From NCBI GenBank assembly GCA_964643995.1, contig CAZXUJ010000003.1, forward strand, positions 349 through 64,348: a stretch of 64,000 bases of DNA. Direction: 5' to 3'. Positions 1-9,841 of this stretch are shown here, one piece after another. A program made the translations under genes and the position numbers. The notes under the pieces were generated by a model. The model was not told where the DNA came from. It saw only the letters and a program-made list of their open reading frames with translations, and did not search any database. This DNA is from an uncultured Candidatus Saccharibacteria bacterium (GTDB lineage Bacteria; Patescibacteriota; WWE3; UBA101185; UBA10185). Within the stretch, counting starts at the first letter, position 1, and every line of letters begins with the position of its first letter.

Positions 1-108
1 GACTAATTGATCAAATTTACTCGCAAAAACCCGGACCGTTTTTTTTTGCCTTTTTAACCCCTTTTTGCTAGTATGTAGCCCTATCTTAAATCGTAGAAGG
101 AGAGATCT

Positions 109-600
109 ATGAGTACTGCAGTTTTGGAACGACGTGACGCCCGTAGTGGCGGTTTGAACCTTCGTTGGTACTGGTTACTACTGATTGTTTTAATGTTTAT
201 GGCAATCGCTGATCTAGCGGTGGGTGGCCCACGAAAGACAATCACAGTAGTGGACGACGACCCCGATTTATTATCTGGGGTTGTGGATATCTTGTCAGAG
301 GTGTTTATTCCAGGGGTGGACTTTGATGTGTTTCCCTCCTGTGAAGCTCTTCAGGCGGTTATGTCGGTTGGTATGAGGTATCGGACATATGTAACCGATA
401 CCGATCTCGGTCGTGATAGGATGGATGGGTTTGCGTGCGTAAGCATGATCAAGAGCCTTGATCCATTAGCCGTGGTGGTCGCCGCATCAGCGCGCATGGA
501 TGCCGACCGCATAACACGGTATCGAGCCTTAGGCGTTGATGAAATAATCGAAAAACCCGCAAGTTATATTCGTTGGTTTTTCAACTTCATTGCCCAGTAG
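109..600 (+). CDS. Single-domain response regulator (receiver) with N-terminal transmembrane helix
   Basis: Hydrophobic WYWLLLIVLMFMAIADLAV, then receiver motifs VVDDD, TDTDL..MDGF, AASA, IEKP; strong SD AAGGAGAG upstream. Confidence 0.75.
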   Translation: MSTAVLERRDARSGGLNLRWYWLLLIVLMFMAIADLAVGGPRKTITVVDDDPDLLSGVVDILSEVFIPGVDFDVFPSCEALQAVMSVGMRYRTYVTDTDLGRDRMDGFACVSMIKSLDPLAVVVAASARMDADRITRYRALGVDEIIEKPASYIRWFFNFIAQ

Positions 601-610
601 GTTTTGTCCC

Positions 611-667
611 AAAAAAAGCCCTTCGTGGATTACAGACTTATCATCTATACCACCTAGGGCTTTTTTA
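611..667. terminator. Long, probably bidirectional intrinsic terminator
   Basis: AAAAAAGCCCT..GTGG...CCAC..AGGGCTTTTTT inverted repeat flanked by A and T tracts. Confidence 0.7.
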
Positions 668-672
668 TTCGC

Positions 673-1599
673 ATGAAAACCCCCATAATAACGACAATGG
701 TAGATTTAGTTAAAGATTTCCGACAATCAGATAAGTGGTCGTCTTACCTTGCAACCTTAGGTTGGAACACTCTGACAACCAAAAATGATGTCTTGTTCTA
801 TTACAAGAGCGCTGGTTTGTTAAAGGTTGGTAAGGTTCAGCGACCGTTTTCTCTTACAGCAGATGATCTAGCCGAAATAGAGGCTTTTTGCACTGAAAAG
901 AAGATTCAGGTTTTAAAAATTGAGCCTAGTGATGAGCTTCAAGCCGATCTTTTAACTACATCCGGTTATATCCAAAGTACTTTTAATTTGGCACCCCCCG
1001 CTACTTCTCAAATAGATTTAGTATTGGATGAAGGTGTTTTATGGGAAAATCTCTCCAAAAGTGCTAAATATTCGGTGAATCGTGCACGACGTGAGCAGGC
1101 GCGTGTTGAAATATTTCAGTGCCCCGGTGAAGACGTCTTGAAAGATTTTTATGTACTTGCACAAGAGACTTCAAGGGCTAAGAACTTTCATATTCAAAGC
1201 TTTCATGACTTACTTAATAAGGTGGCGATATTCCAAGATCACTCATTTCTTACCCTTGTTTACGATAAAGATAATAATTTATGCGGTGGTAAATTCTATT
1301 TAGGTTATGGAAACAGGGTTTGGTATTTACATGGAGGTACTAGTCACATTGGTCGTAAGAATAAAACCGGTTACGAGCTTGTGTGGGAATCTTTCTTATA
1401 TTTTAAGCGACTTGGTTATCATATTCTAGACTTTGAGGGAATTATGGACTCAAGATTTAAGTCTACGCAACATTGGGGAGGATTAACTGATTTTAAGGAG
1501 AAGTTTGGTGGCCGTGATATCCGCTATCCATACCCACAGATGAAAGTATTTAATAAATTGCTTGGTTTTATCTCAAAGGTATTTGGGGTTTCATTATAG
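673..1599 (+). CDS. FemABX-family lipid II:aminoacyl transferase (peptidoglycan bridge formation); start may be 697
   Basis: FRQSDKW N-terminus, IDL..DEGVLWENLSKSAKYSVNRARRE, YLHGGTS, DFEG, GLTDFKEKFGG motifs. Confidence 0.85.
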   Translation: MKTPIITTMVDLVKDFRQSDKWSSYLATLGWNTLTTKNDVLFYYKSAGLLKVGKVQRPFSLTADDLAEIEAFCTEKKIQVLKIEPSDELQADLLTTSGYIQSTFNLAPPATSQIDLVLDEGVLWENLSKSAKYSVNRARREQARVEIFQCPGEDVLKDFYVLAQETSRAKNFHIQSFHDLLNKVAIFQDHSFLTLVYDKDNNLCGGKFYLGYGNRVWYLHGGTSHIGRKNKTGYELVWESFLYFKRLGYHILDFEGIMDSRFKSTQHWGGLTDFKEKFGGRDIRYPYPQMKVFNKLLGFISKVFGVSL

Positions 1600-1601
1600 T
1601 T

Positions 1602-2264
1602 ATGTTTGATTTTTTTAAGCCTAAAGTTCTATTTGATGCTCAATCTCCATATAATGGCCATGTGATGGTAGTAAAGGCTTTTGGTGTCACCAAACTTCTT
1701 TCTGATGGTGTTACCCAGTCCGCCGATTATTCATCATCGTATGCTCGCTCGGGTTATTGGCATAAAGCTGCCGAAATTATTATCAAACTTAAACCCACAG
1801 CGGAGAACGTATTATTTCTTGGTATGGGCAGTGGGACAGCAATACGCTATATTTCTGAATCTTTACCCCGAGCACATCTAGTGGCGGTGGAGATTGATCC
1901 AATAATGATCGACGTTGCCAAAAGGTTTTTTAGCTTTTCCGAGATTCCAAATCTAAAGTTGATTACGGCGGATGCTTTTGAATATATTAAAACTTCACCA
2001 CGTTTCGATGTTCTTTTTGTTGATTTGTTTAGAGGGGGTTTTTTTGTCCCCGTTGCTGATTTCGCGACTTTTTTCAAGCAGCTGCATGCCATAACTAAGC
2101 CGAAAGGTTTAGTAGTCTTTAACTATACTTTCAAAAAAGTTGAAGCAGGGGTTAAAATAGCAGAGTTTACTTCGCGCATGTCGGATTTTTTTAACAGCGT
2201 AGCTTATGAGGTTGTACCCGGTTCAGCGGAAACTTCTAACTATTTGATTTATGGTTGTAATTGA
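1602..2264 (+). CDS. Spermidine-synthase-like SAM-dependent methyltransferase
   Basis: QSPYNGHVMV, VLFLGMGSG (motif I), VEIDP, ADAFEY, FDVLFVD. Confidence 0.8.
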   Translation: MFDFFKPKVLFDAQSPYNGHVMVVKAFGVTKLLSDGVTQSADYSSSYARSGYWHKAAEIIIKLKPTAENVLFLGMGSGTAIRYISESLPRAHLVAVEIDPIMIDVAKRFFSFSEIPNLKLITADAFEYIKTSPRFDVLFVDLFRGGFFVPVADFATFFKQLHAITKPKGLVVFNYTFKKVEAGVKIAEFTSRMSDFFNSVAYEVVPGSAETSNYLIYGCN

Positions 2265-2374
2265 GCCTTTTGTTCGATATAATGCCTTCGCCCTAATAAT
2301 TGAGTCGAAATGTTCAAAGCTTTGTTTTTCGACACAATAGTAAATATTTAAGCAAAGCACAATTTAATTTTTAT

Positions 2375-3484
2375 ATGTCAAAAGCTCGTAGAATCCACAA
2401 AGAAGATTCAAAAATGGCTAAACTGTTAGCCGATCATAAAGTAGATATTAGACAGTTTGAGTTTGGTGAATTAATCGAAGGTACAGTTATTGCTGTTACT
2501 TCAGGTGAAATCTTGTTAGACGTTGGTGCTAAATCTGAGGGAATAATTTCAGGTGAGGAGCTAGTAGACTCAGACAAATCTCATAAGAACCTCAAACCAG
2601 GCGATAAAGTTATGGCAATGGTTGTTCAGCCCGAAAACCATCAAGGCTATATAGTTTTATCACTCAAACGCGCGGAAAAAGATAAAAAATGGCAAACAAT
2701 TGAAGATGCATTTGAATTTGGTACAACTCTAGAGGTTGAAGTATTGGAATACACCAAAGGTGGTCTGTTGGTCGATTGTATGGGATTAAGAGGTTTCGTA
2801 CCCCTGTCTCATTTGGATCGTGTGCATTTTACTGATGATTTAGCGAAAACTGCAGCAGGTAATGAGACTGAGCTTAAAGAAACCTTGAAAGTACTTGCTG
2901 GCAAAAATCTAAAGGTAAAAGTAATTGAGTTTGATCGTGAGAAAAACCGATTAGTTCTATCTGAAAAAGACGCTAACGTTGCCTATAGTGATGAAGTACG
3001 TCAGGAAAGACTCGGTAACATCACCTCAGGTGATGTGCTAACTGGTGTTGTAACCGGAACTATGCCTTTTGGATTGTTTGTAGATCTTGATGGTATCGAG
3101 GGCTTGGTACATATTAGCGAAATAGCATGGGAAAAAGTAAGCAATCCAGGCGATTATTACAGTGTTGGGTCTCCAATAACTGTAAAAGTCCTAGGGATTG
3201 ATGAGGGTTCTCAAAAACTAGCTCTTAGTGTGAAGCAACTTATTCAGAATCCTTGGGATGGTGTTGAATCACGATATCCTGAAGGAGCTGTTGTTAAGGG
3301 TGTAGTCAGCAAAATTGTGCCTTTTGGTGCATTTGTGAACCTAGAAAAAGGTCTTGATGGCTTAATTCACGTTTCCGAAGCTGAGGGTCCTTTAAAGGTT
3401 GGCGATGAGGTTACAGCTGTAGTTACTAATGTTGATGGTTCTAAGCAAAAATTGGCATTAAGTACTAAAAGACTCGCCGAGTAA
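2375..3484 (+). CDS. rpsA: 30S ribosomal protein S1 (four S1 domains)
   Basis: LDVGAKSEGII, GLRGFVPLSH, GIEGLVHISEIAW, GLDGLIHVSE repeats; ATG at 2375 preferred over TTG at 2300. Confidence 0.93.
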   Translation: MSKARRIHKEDSKMAKLLADHKVDIRQFEFGELIEGTVIAVTSGEILLDVGAKSEGIISGEELVDSDKSHKNLKPGDKVMAMVVQPENHQGYIVLSLKRAEKDKKWQTIEDAFEFGTTLEVEVLEYTKGGLLVDCMGLRGFVPLSHLDRVHFTDDLAKTAAGNETELKETLKVLAGKNLKVKVIEFDREKNRLVLSEKDANVAYSDEVRQERLGNITSGDVLTGVVTGTMPFGLFVDLDGIEGLVHISEIAWEKVSNPGDYYSVGSPITVKVLGIDEGSQKLALSVKQLIQNPWDGVESRYPEGAVVKGVVSKIVPFGAFVNLEKGLDGLIHVSEAEGPLKVGDEVTAVVTNVDGSKQKLALSTKRLAE

Positions 3485-3495
3485 CTAAAGCAAAT

Positions 3496-5808
3496 ATGTC
3501 TCTTAATAAGCTTACACAACGTGCTCGCGCCGTTCTTCAAGAATTGGCCGCACTCAATCAAGGTACCAACTCGCTTCCTGTTAAGTGTAGTGATATTGTT
3601 GCCTATATAACTGATGCATCAGGTTTAGGTGCGGTTTTAATTCAGAATTTTCCACGACTTAAAATTAATCGTAAAGCCGAGCTTGATTTAAACCAGTTGG
3701 TAACCGAGGCATACCACCAAGCTTCAAAAATGGATCATTCGTACGTTGGTACTGAACACTTCTTTCTTGCATTACTTAAGCTAACCAGCTCTCCAGACTT
3801 TGAAAAAGTAAAAAAACACCTTTTGGGGTTAAATATTTTTCCTCGTGCCCTTAGCTTCATAAATGAGCGTAAAGATAACGTAATCCTTAGCACCTACAGC
3901 CAAAACCTAAACAAACAAATGTTACGTAGCGCAAGTGATCCTTTAGTGATGCGCACAGAACTCGATAAATTAACCTCAATACTATTAAAGAAGGATAATG
4001 CTAACGTTTTGTTAGTAGGTGAACCGGGTGTTGGTAAAACCTCATTAATTAATTTGTTAGTTAGTAGTATAAACAACCTTGATATACCGGCCCTGCTAGC
4101 AGGTTATTCAGTAGTTGAGTTTGATTTAATGAGCTATTTAACTGGAATAGCTAACAAAGGCAGCATTGATCAAAGCCTTTTATTCCTGCAAGAGGAGCTA
4201 AAAGGATTAAAAAGAACTATCCTGGTACTCAAGAATTTCCAGAACTTATTTATCTCTACAAACTCAGGTGTTGGGGTTCCGATACTTCTGCCAATCTTCA
4301 AGGATATACTTGAAACAACGGACATAAACTTCATTGCATCTGTTAACACGGCTGTATATGAAAAAATAATGATGGATAATTCTCACATGCTTGATACTTT
4401 TACAGTTTTGGAAATCCCGGAACCCCCAGAAAAAGAAGTTAAAGACATGCTGCGTATCAAAGCCAAATCATTAGGGGAGTTCCACAACATAAACGTTTCA
4501 GATAACGTGATTGACCATATTTATAAAACAGCAAAAAGTAATGAAATGAATACCCATTTTCCTCGCAAAGCAATTGAACTGCTGGATTTAGCATGCGCGC
4601 ACTTATTAGTTAAAAAAAACCGCGTACCTAAAGATTACAAAAGCATGGTAGATAAAACAGTAGTAATAATGGACAAAATAGACAAAAACATAGACAAGGG
4701 AGCATATGAAAGTGCCATTAGGTTGCAAACTAAACTTAACGATTTGGAGACAACTCTCACTGCATTTGAAGACAACATGGTTTATGCCGAGCCCATCAAA
4801 CTAAGCAAAAAAGATGTAAACACAGCTCTAGAAAGCATGAACTTTACTTTGGTAGATGAACCTATTGATAGCAAATATCTCAGCAACCTTGCTACCAAAA
4901 TGAAAGAAAAGATTATTGGCCAGAACTTTGCAGTGGATAGTGTTGTTAAGGCGCTAATTCGGTCAAGACTTGGCTTACGTGCCAAAAATCGACCAATTGG
5001 TAGTTTTTTGTTTTTGGGCCCAACCGGAGTAGGTAAGACCGAATTAGCTAAAGTCTTAGCCTCCTTAGCCTTTGGTCAAGTAAAAGACAATCATCTTATA
5101 CGTCTTGATATGAGCGATTTCAGCGAAAAACACACTGTAGCCAGACTAATTGGCTCGCCACCAGGATATGTTGGTTATAACGAAGGAGGCGAGCTCACCT
5201 CCAAAATAGCACTTCAACCAGAAAGTGTGGTTTTATTCGATGAAATTGAAAAAGCCCACCCTGACGTTTTAAATATACTTTTGCAAATAACCGAAGAGGG
5301 AGAACTTGCCGATGCAAAAGGCAATACTTTCGACTTTTCAAAAGCAATTATTGTACTAACCAGCAACTTGGGTACCGAAATACTTCACAACAAAGAAATA
5401 GGCTTTAAAGAAAATATTAAAATTGCCGATGATGCTGTGGTAGAAAAGCACCTAAAGGAAAATTTGAAGAAAATCTTGAGACCGGAGTTGTTGAATCGCT
5501 TTGACGAAGTAGTAGTCTTTAGAAGACTAACCAAAGACGACCAAATGGAGGTACTCGAACTCTTCATTAGTGAGGTAGATAAAAGGCTTAAAGAGCAAGA
5601 CGTATACCTAAAAGTTAACTTAAAAACCAAAGAATATCTACTTAAAGTGGGATATTCTCAGGAATATGGCGCTAGATCATTGCGTCGAACCGTAGAAAAG
5701 GAGTTGCTGGATAAAATAGCCGAAATACTACTAAAACATAAATCTCGACCTTTATTACTAAAAGCTTCTACAGTAGGGAATAAGCTAACTGTTAGTACCA
5801 AAAAATAG
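3496..5808 (+). CDS. clpC: ClpC/ClpA-family Clp ATPase subunit (first AAA+ domain degenerate)
   Basis: Clp-N (HSYVGTEH), Walker A GEPGVGKT and GPTGVGKTE, GSPPGYVGY, LFDEIEKAHPDV, IGF loop; upstream of radA. Confidence 0.88.
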   Translation: MSLNKLTQRARAVLQELAALNQGTNSLPVKCSDIVAYITDASGLGAVLIQNFPRLKINRKAELDLNQLVTEAYHQASKMDHSYVGTEHFFLALLKLTSSPDFEKVKKHLLGLNIFPRALSFINERKDNVILSTYSQNLNKQMLRSASDPLVMRTELDKLTSILLKKDNANVLLVGEPGVGKTSLINLLVSSINNLDIPALLAGYSVVEFDLMSYLTGIANKGSIDQSLLFLQEELKGLKRTILVLKNFQNLFISTNSGVGVPILLPIFKDILETTDINFIASVNTAVYEKIMMDNSHMLDTFTVLEIPEPPEKEVKDMLRIKAKSLGEFHNINVSDNVIDHIYKTAKSNEMNTHFPRKAIELLDLACAHLLVKKNRVPKDYKSMVDKTVVIMDKIDKNIDKGAYESAIRLQTKLNDLETTLTAFEDNMVYAEPIKLSKKDVNTALESMNFTLVDEPIDSKYLSNLATKMKEKIIGQNFAVDSVVKALIRSRLGLRAKNRPIGSFLFLGPTGVGKTELAKVLASLAFGQVKDNHLIRLDMSDFSEKHTVARLIGSPPGYVGYNEGGELTSKIALQPESVVLFDEIEKAHPDVLNILLQITEEGELADAKGNTFDFSKAIIVLTSNLGTEILHNKEIGFKENIKIADDAVVEKHLKENLKKILRPELLNRFDEVVVFRRLTKDDQMEVLELFISEVDKRLKEQDVYLKVNLKTKEYLLKVGYSQEYGARSLRRTVEKELLDKIAEILLKHKSRPLLLKASTVGNKLTVSTKK

Positions 5809-5820
5809 GTAATCCCCAAC

Positions 5821-5849
5821 TTGACTAATACCCTATAGTGTAGTATACT
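5821..5849 (+). promoter_or_regulatory. sigma70-type promoter for the small ORF at 5913
   Basis: TTGACT-N17-TATACT. Confidence 0.65.
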
Positions 5850-5912
5850 CACTGTCAGCTTATAAACCATGCCCAAAGGGGCAAAAAAACAATAGACAAG
5901 GAGATTTTTGAC

Positions 5913-6077
5913 ATGGCATCCACGAAAGTTTTAGTGCAGACTACTGCTAAATCGACGGTAACTGTAACGGTGACTGTACCGGACAAGGTCAATGTAACGG
6001 TAACTGTAACGGTGACTGTACCGGACAAGGTCAATGTGAAGATGAAGCTGGACGATAGTTGGCTGGATACGCTGTGA
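5913..6077 (+). CDS. Small 54-aa Thr/Val-repeat protein (absent from the ORF track)
   Basis: AAGGAGA SD at 5898-5904; MASTKVLVQTTAKSTVTVTVTVPDKVNVTVTVTVTVPDKVNVKMKLDDSWLDTL; own promoter and downstream hairpin. Confidence 0.6.
   Translation: MASTKVLVQTTAKSTVTVTVTVPDKVNVTVTVTVTVPDKVNVKMKLDDSWLDTL
5955..6037 (+). repeat. 42-bp-period tandem duplication, 2 copies
   Basis: ACGGTAACTGTAACGGTGACTGTACCGGACAAGGTCAATGT at 5955-5995 and 5997-6037. Confidence 0.95.
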
Positions 6078-6094
6078 AACTTCCTTCGATCTGT

Positions 6095-6177
6095 GATGTG
6101 ACGAACGTATCTTAAAATTAGTTTCTTTAGCCTAACAAGCTTGCTGAAACCAAATAACTAAGAGCGTTCGTCACATC
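6095..6177 (+). other. Long imperfect hairpin after the small ORF
   Basis: GATGTGACGAACG (6095-6107) pairs with CGTTCGTCACATC (6165-6177); inner TCTTA/TAAGA and GTTTC/GAAAC helices. Confidence 0.75.
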
Positions 6178-6267
6178 CAAACCAAAACTTTTAAATTCCT
6201 CTTTTCCCTAGAAAATTCATACAAAACACTCACCTAGAAGTTGCCTGTTTAATGCTAGAATGGGGTA

Positions 6268-7596
6268 ATGGCAAAAAGTCGTTCGCTATATATTTGTCAA
6301 AGTTGCGCTGCTGAAAGCCCTAGATGGTCTGGTCAGTGTGCCAGTTGTGGTGCATGGAACACTCTTGTAGAAACTGTGGTACAAAGTAGTTCGAAGTCGG
6401 GTAAAACAGCCTCTTCACAAGCTTCATCGAAAGCGATATATCTATCTGAAGTTACTTCAAAGCAAACTCAACGAGTTTCATCAGGCATTGGCGAATTCGA
6501 TAGAGTGTTAGGCGGCGGTTTTGTACCCGGTCAGGTTTGTCTTTTGGCAGGCGAGCCAGGTATTGGTAAGAGTACTTTATTAACTCAACTAGCTAAAAGT
6601 TTCAAAAATTTAGAAAAAGTTGTTGCTTACGTTGGCGGAGAAGAGAGTCCTCAGCAAATAAAGTTACGAGCCGAAAGAATGGGATATCACCCTGACAATT
6701 TACTAGTTATACCTGAGATCAATTTGGAGGTTATACTAGCGACACTAGAAAGCTCCGCACAAAGTGAAAATATAAGTTTAATCATTGTTGATTCAGTGCA
6801 AACCCTGAATAGTGATTCATTAACAGGTGTAGCAGGTTCTGTTGGGCAGGTTCGGCAATGTGCTCAAGAGCTTACAACCTTAGCTAAGCGTCTTCATATT
6901 CCTGTTATTTTGGTAGGCCACGTTACTAAAGAGGGTACAGTTGCTGGTCCTAAAGTGTTGGAGCACATAGTAGATACTGTTTTGTATCTAGAAGGCGACA
7001 CTCAACACTTATATAGACTATTAAAAACAGCAAAAAACCGTTTTGGGGCCGTATCGGAAGTAGGTATGTTTGAAATGCAGGGGAATGGTCTTGTAGAGGT
7101 CACTAATCCCTCAGACATATTTTTAAGTGGCAAGGATCATGATGTGCCTGGTACTTGTGTGACGGTTGTTATGGAAGGCTACAGACCCATTTTGTTTGAG
7201 GTTCAAGCCCTAACCGTAAAAACCGCATTCGGATACCCGAGACGTACTACAAGTGGTATAAATGCTAACAGGTTACAGGTTTTGATAGCCACCTTAGAAA
7301 AACGAGCTAATTTGAACCTTTCAAATCATGATGTTTATGTTAATGTAGTTGGTGGATTCAAAGTAAGCGACTACGCAATCGACCTTGCTGTTTGTTTGGC
7401 TATTGCATCATCTCTTCGCGATAAACCTATAAAGCCTGGGGTTGCTGCAATAGGAGAATGTGGCTTATTAGGCGAAATCAGACAAGTATCTAACCTAGAC
7501 TCAAGAATAAAAGAAGCTAAAAAACTTGGTTTTTCCAACGTTTTAAGCCCAAAAAATGCCCGTTACTTAAGTGAGGCTATCCAAAAAGCCCTCTAA
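6268..7596 (+). CDS. radA: DNA repair protein RadA/Sms
   Basis: CQSC..W.GQCASC zinc finger, GEPGIGKST, KNRFG motif, Lon-like C-terminus. Confidence 0.97.
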   Translation: MAKSRSLYICQSCAAESPRWSGQCASCGAWNTLVETVVQSSSKSGKTASSQASSKAIYLSEVTSKQTQRVSSGIGEFDRVLGGGFVPGQVCLLAGEPGIGKSTLLTQLAKSFKNLEKVVAYVGGEESPQQIKLRAERMGYHPDNLLVIPEINLEVILATLESSAQSENISLIIVDSVQTLNSDSLTGVAGSVGQVRQCAQELTTLAKRLHIPVILVGHVTKEGTVAGPKVLEHIVDTVLYLEGDTQHLYRLLKTAKNRFGAVSEVGMFEMQGNGLVEVTNPSDIFLSGKDHDVPGTCVTVVMEGYRPILFEVQALTVKTAFGYPRRTTSGINANRLQVLIATLEKRANLNLSNHDVYVNVVGGFKVSDYAIDLAVCLAIASSLRDKPIKPGVAAIGECGLLGEIRQVSNLDSRIKEAKKLGFSNVLSPKNARYLSEAIQKAL

Positions 7597-7602
7597 TTTG
7601 CA

Positions 7603-8538
7603 ATGCAGTTTAGACGTGAAGAAGTTAATTTAATAGTCAAAATCGTACTTGGTGCGCTTTTTTTTATACTTGGCTTTACTTATTCCAACACTTCTTATTT
7701 TCAAGAATTTCCTCTTTTTGGAGTACCTTTTTTGGCAGAGTTTTTATTAGCTACAATGACAGGTTTGTTTGGTTTTTATCTTTTACCTCAGTACTTTTTG
7801 AAAATAAAATACTGGGTTGAAGAGCTTATTGTTAACACCACATACAATATGGCCAGTGATTTTTGGAATCAGTACACGTCGCGTATGGAGGCTTCCCGAA
7901 AGCTTCGCGAAAAAGAGCGTAAAAAGCGAGACAAAAAGGACATAAAGGATCGAGTTAAGGACGGTATTCTGCTAGATACCTCCATGTTGATTGACGGTAG
8001 GGTATTGGAAATCGCCAAAACAGGGTTTTTAATCAATAACCTAATAATACCTAAATTTGTTGTTAACGAACTTCATTTGCTTGCGGATAACAAAGATGAC
8101 ATAAAGCGCAAAAAAGGTCGCCGTGGCTTGGACATGATAAATGAACTTAAAAAACATGCTAAGGTCATTATAGTGGGGGAAAGCACTCACTCCGAGGTTG
8201 ACAAAGCCTTGGTAGCTATAGCAAAAGAAAATAAATTACGACTCATGACACTTGATTTTAACCTAAATAAAGTCGCAAAGGTTTCAGGTGTTGACGTATT
8301 AAACATTAATGACCTTGGAGAAGCCCTCAAACCAGCCTATGTGCCGGGGGATACCCTCAACATTAAAATCGTACAAAAAGGTAAAGAAAAAGGACAAGGG
8401 TTAGGTTACCTACCAGATGGAACAATGATAGTAGTATCTGAAGGAGAAAACCTAGTAGAAGAAAACGTTGACGTTGTAGTGGCTAAGCTTATTCAGACTA
8501 CAGCCGGAAAAATGGTTTTCACTGAACTTTTGAAATAA
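7603..8538 (+). CDS. Membrane PIN/TRAM domain protein (YacL-like)
   Basis: Two TM helices, LLDTSMLIDGR, KGRRGLD, TLDFNLNKVA, GKEKGQGLGYLPDGTMIVV; follows radA as in Bacillus. Confidence 0.9.
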   Translation: MQFRREEVNLIVKIVLGALFFILGFTYSNTSYFQEFPLFGVPFLAEFLLATMTGLFGFYLLPQYFLKIKYWVEELIVNTTYNMASDFWNQYTSRMEASRKLREKERKKRDKKDIKDRVKDGILLDTSMLIDGRVLEIAKTGFLINNLIIPKFVVNELHLLADNKDDIKRKKGRRGLDMINELKKHAKVIIVGESTHSEVDKALVAIAKENKLRLMTLDFNLNKVAKVSGVDVLNINDLGEALKPAYVPGDTLNIKIVQKGKEKGQGLGYLPDGTMIVVSEGENLVEENVDVVVAKLIQTTAGKMVFTELLK

Positions 8539-8567
8539 CCTCGTATAGTAGTTTTACAAAAATAACG

Positions 8568-8625
8568 AAAAAAAACACTCCATAAGGAGCGACTAAAGAA
8601 GCGACAACCACAGAGTGTTTTTTTT
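8568..8625. terminator. Bidirectional terminator-like inverted repeat
   Basis: AAAAAAAACACTC ... GAGTGTTTTTTTT. Confidence 0.55.
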
Positions 8626-9103
8626 ACGAACATTAGCTAAAAGACAAAGCTTTCAGCGAATAATGCCATGCTTCAGGACAGGTGAAGCAGGAATTAAATA
8701 CATAGTATCGAGGCAATCATTACATAACAAGCGATGAGGATTAGAATGGGAGTAGTTACAAGTTGTTTTCATGGTAAAAAAAACATTTGAAACTAATCTA
8801 GATTTTAGTGATTATAGGTTATATATATTTGAAAAAGTGTGTTTTGTCCTATGGTGACAGCAAAAGGTGACAAGACCATGAAATATCTAATGGAGGTTAG
8901 AGCGTTGCTTATTACATTGAAATTGTGGCAAGGCCTGGTTTCTGAGCAACTAGACCCTACGTAAAAAGTCAGGTCCAATACGTGCGGAGATTATTAGATT
9001 TAGTATATACAACGACGTCGTTAAACATTTCATAATTATTTAATCTTTTGAGAAATTTAAAAGAAGTAAACGAGGGGAAAATCAGCTAAAGTATTCAATG
9101 TAT

Positions 9104-9484
9104 TTATATCTTGCGGCGCCAAGGCGGTGTCTTTGGATCACTCTTGTATTGGTCTGCTCTATCTAGAGCGTCTTGCACTCTGTCAGTGTTGTCCATATTA
9201 AGCTCGCTACGAAGGACAAATTGACTGAGTTCCATGCCCAGATAGTCATATAGCTTGTCGAACTTCTTGTTGAGAGTATTGTTTATCTCAATGCGAAATT
9301 CGTGCAACATACCTTCCATAAAGCCCTTCAAATGCTCAGTGTTTTCCTTAATTCGTACTACAATTTTTTCATCATTTATTCTTTCAGACGCAGTTATTCG
9401 CTCATCCATTTCAGCTCTAAAAGCCTGAAACTCTTCCTTTAACAAAGCTTTTAAATTCTCTAAAGTTACCTCGGAATTTTTCAT
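9104..9484 (-). CDS. Hypothetical coiled-coil protein
   Basis: 126-aa ORF with helical, charged heptad-like composition; TACAAT -10-like box upstream. Confidence 0.65.
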   Translation of the reverse strand: MKNSEVTLENLKALLKEEFQAFRAEMDERITASERINDEKIVVRIKENTEHLKGFMEGMLHEFRIEINNTLNKKFDKLYDYLGMELSQFVLRSELNMDNTDRVQDALDRADQYKSDPKTPPWRRKI

Positions 9485-9841
9485 AGTTAAAGGGATTGTA
9501 ATATAAAAATATTCTTAAGCAATCGGTTCTTTTAGCTGTAGGTAGAGTCAAAGTGTTTGATATGTTATCAAGTGCTTATCTCATCACTTTGAATAATAAA
9601 TGATATCTCATAGTCTAGACTGTTTTCTATTCTTTAATTTGTAGTCCTTCCACATTCCTGCTGTTTCTAGTATGACCTTTTCTCTATGCCGCATCGTAAA
9701 AGAATTCTTAGTATGTTTGATTGAAATTGTTTTTATAGGTTTGACTCTAATATCAAATGTATCTAGTGTCGAGATGTATAAAATGTATATGTTATGTTGT
9801 TACAGATTGACAAGAAAATCAAGGTATGTAAATATGCATGT

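Noticed and set aside
5955-6037. Possible CRISPR repeat pair
   Set aside because: The copies are adjacent with no spacer, preserve a reading frame, and no cas genes are present.
8851-8964. 37-aa plus-strand ORF MVTAKGDKTMKYLMEVRALL...
   Set aside because: No clear promoter, terminator or recognisable motif.
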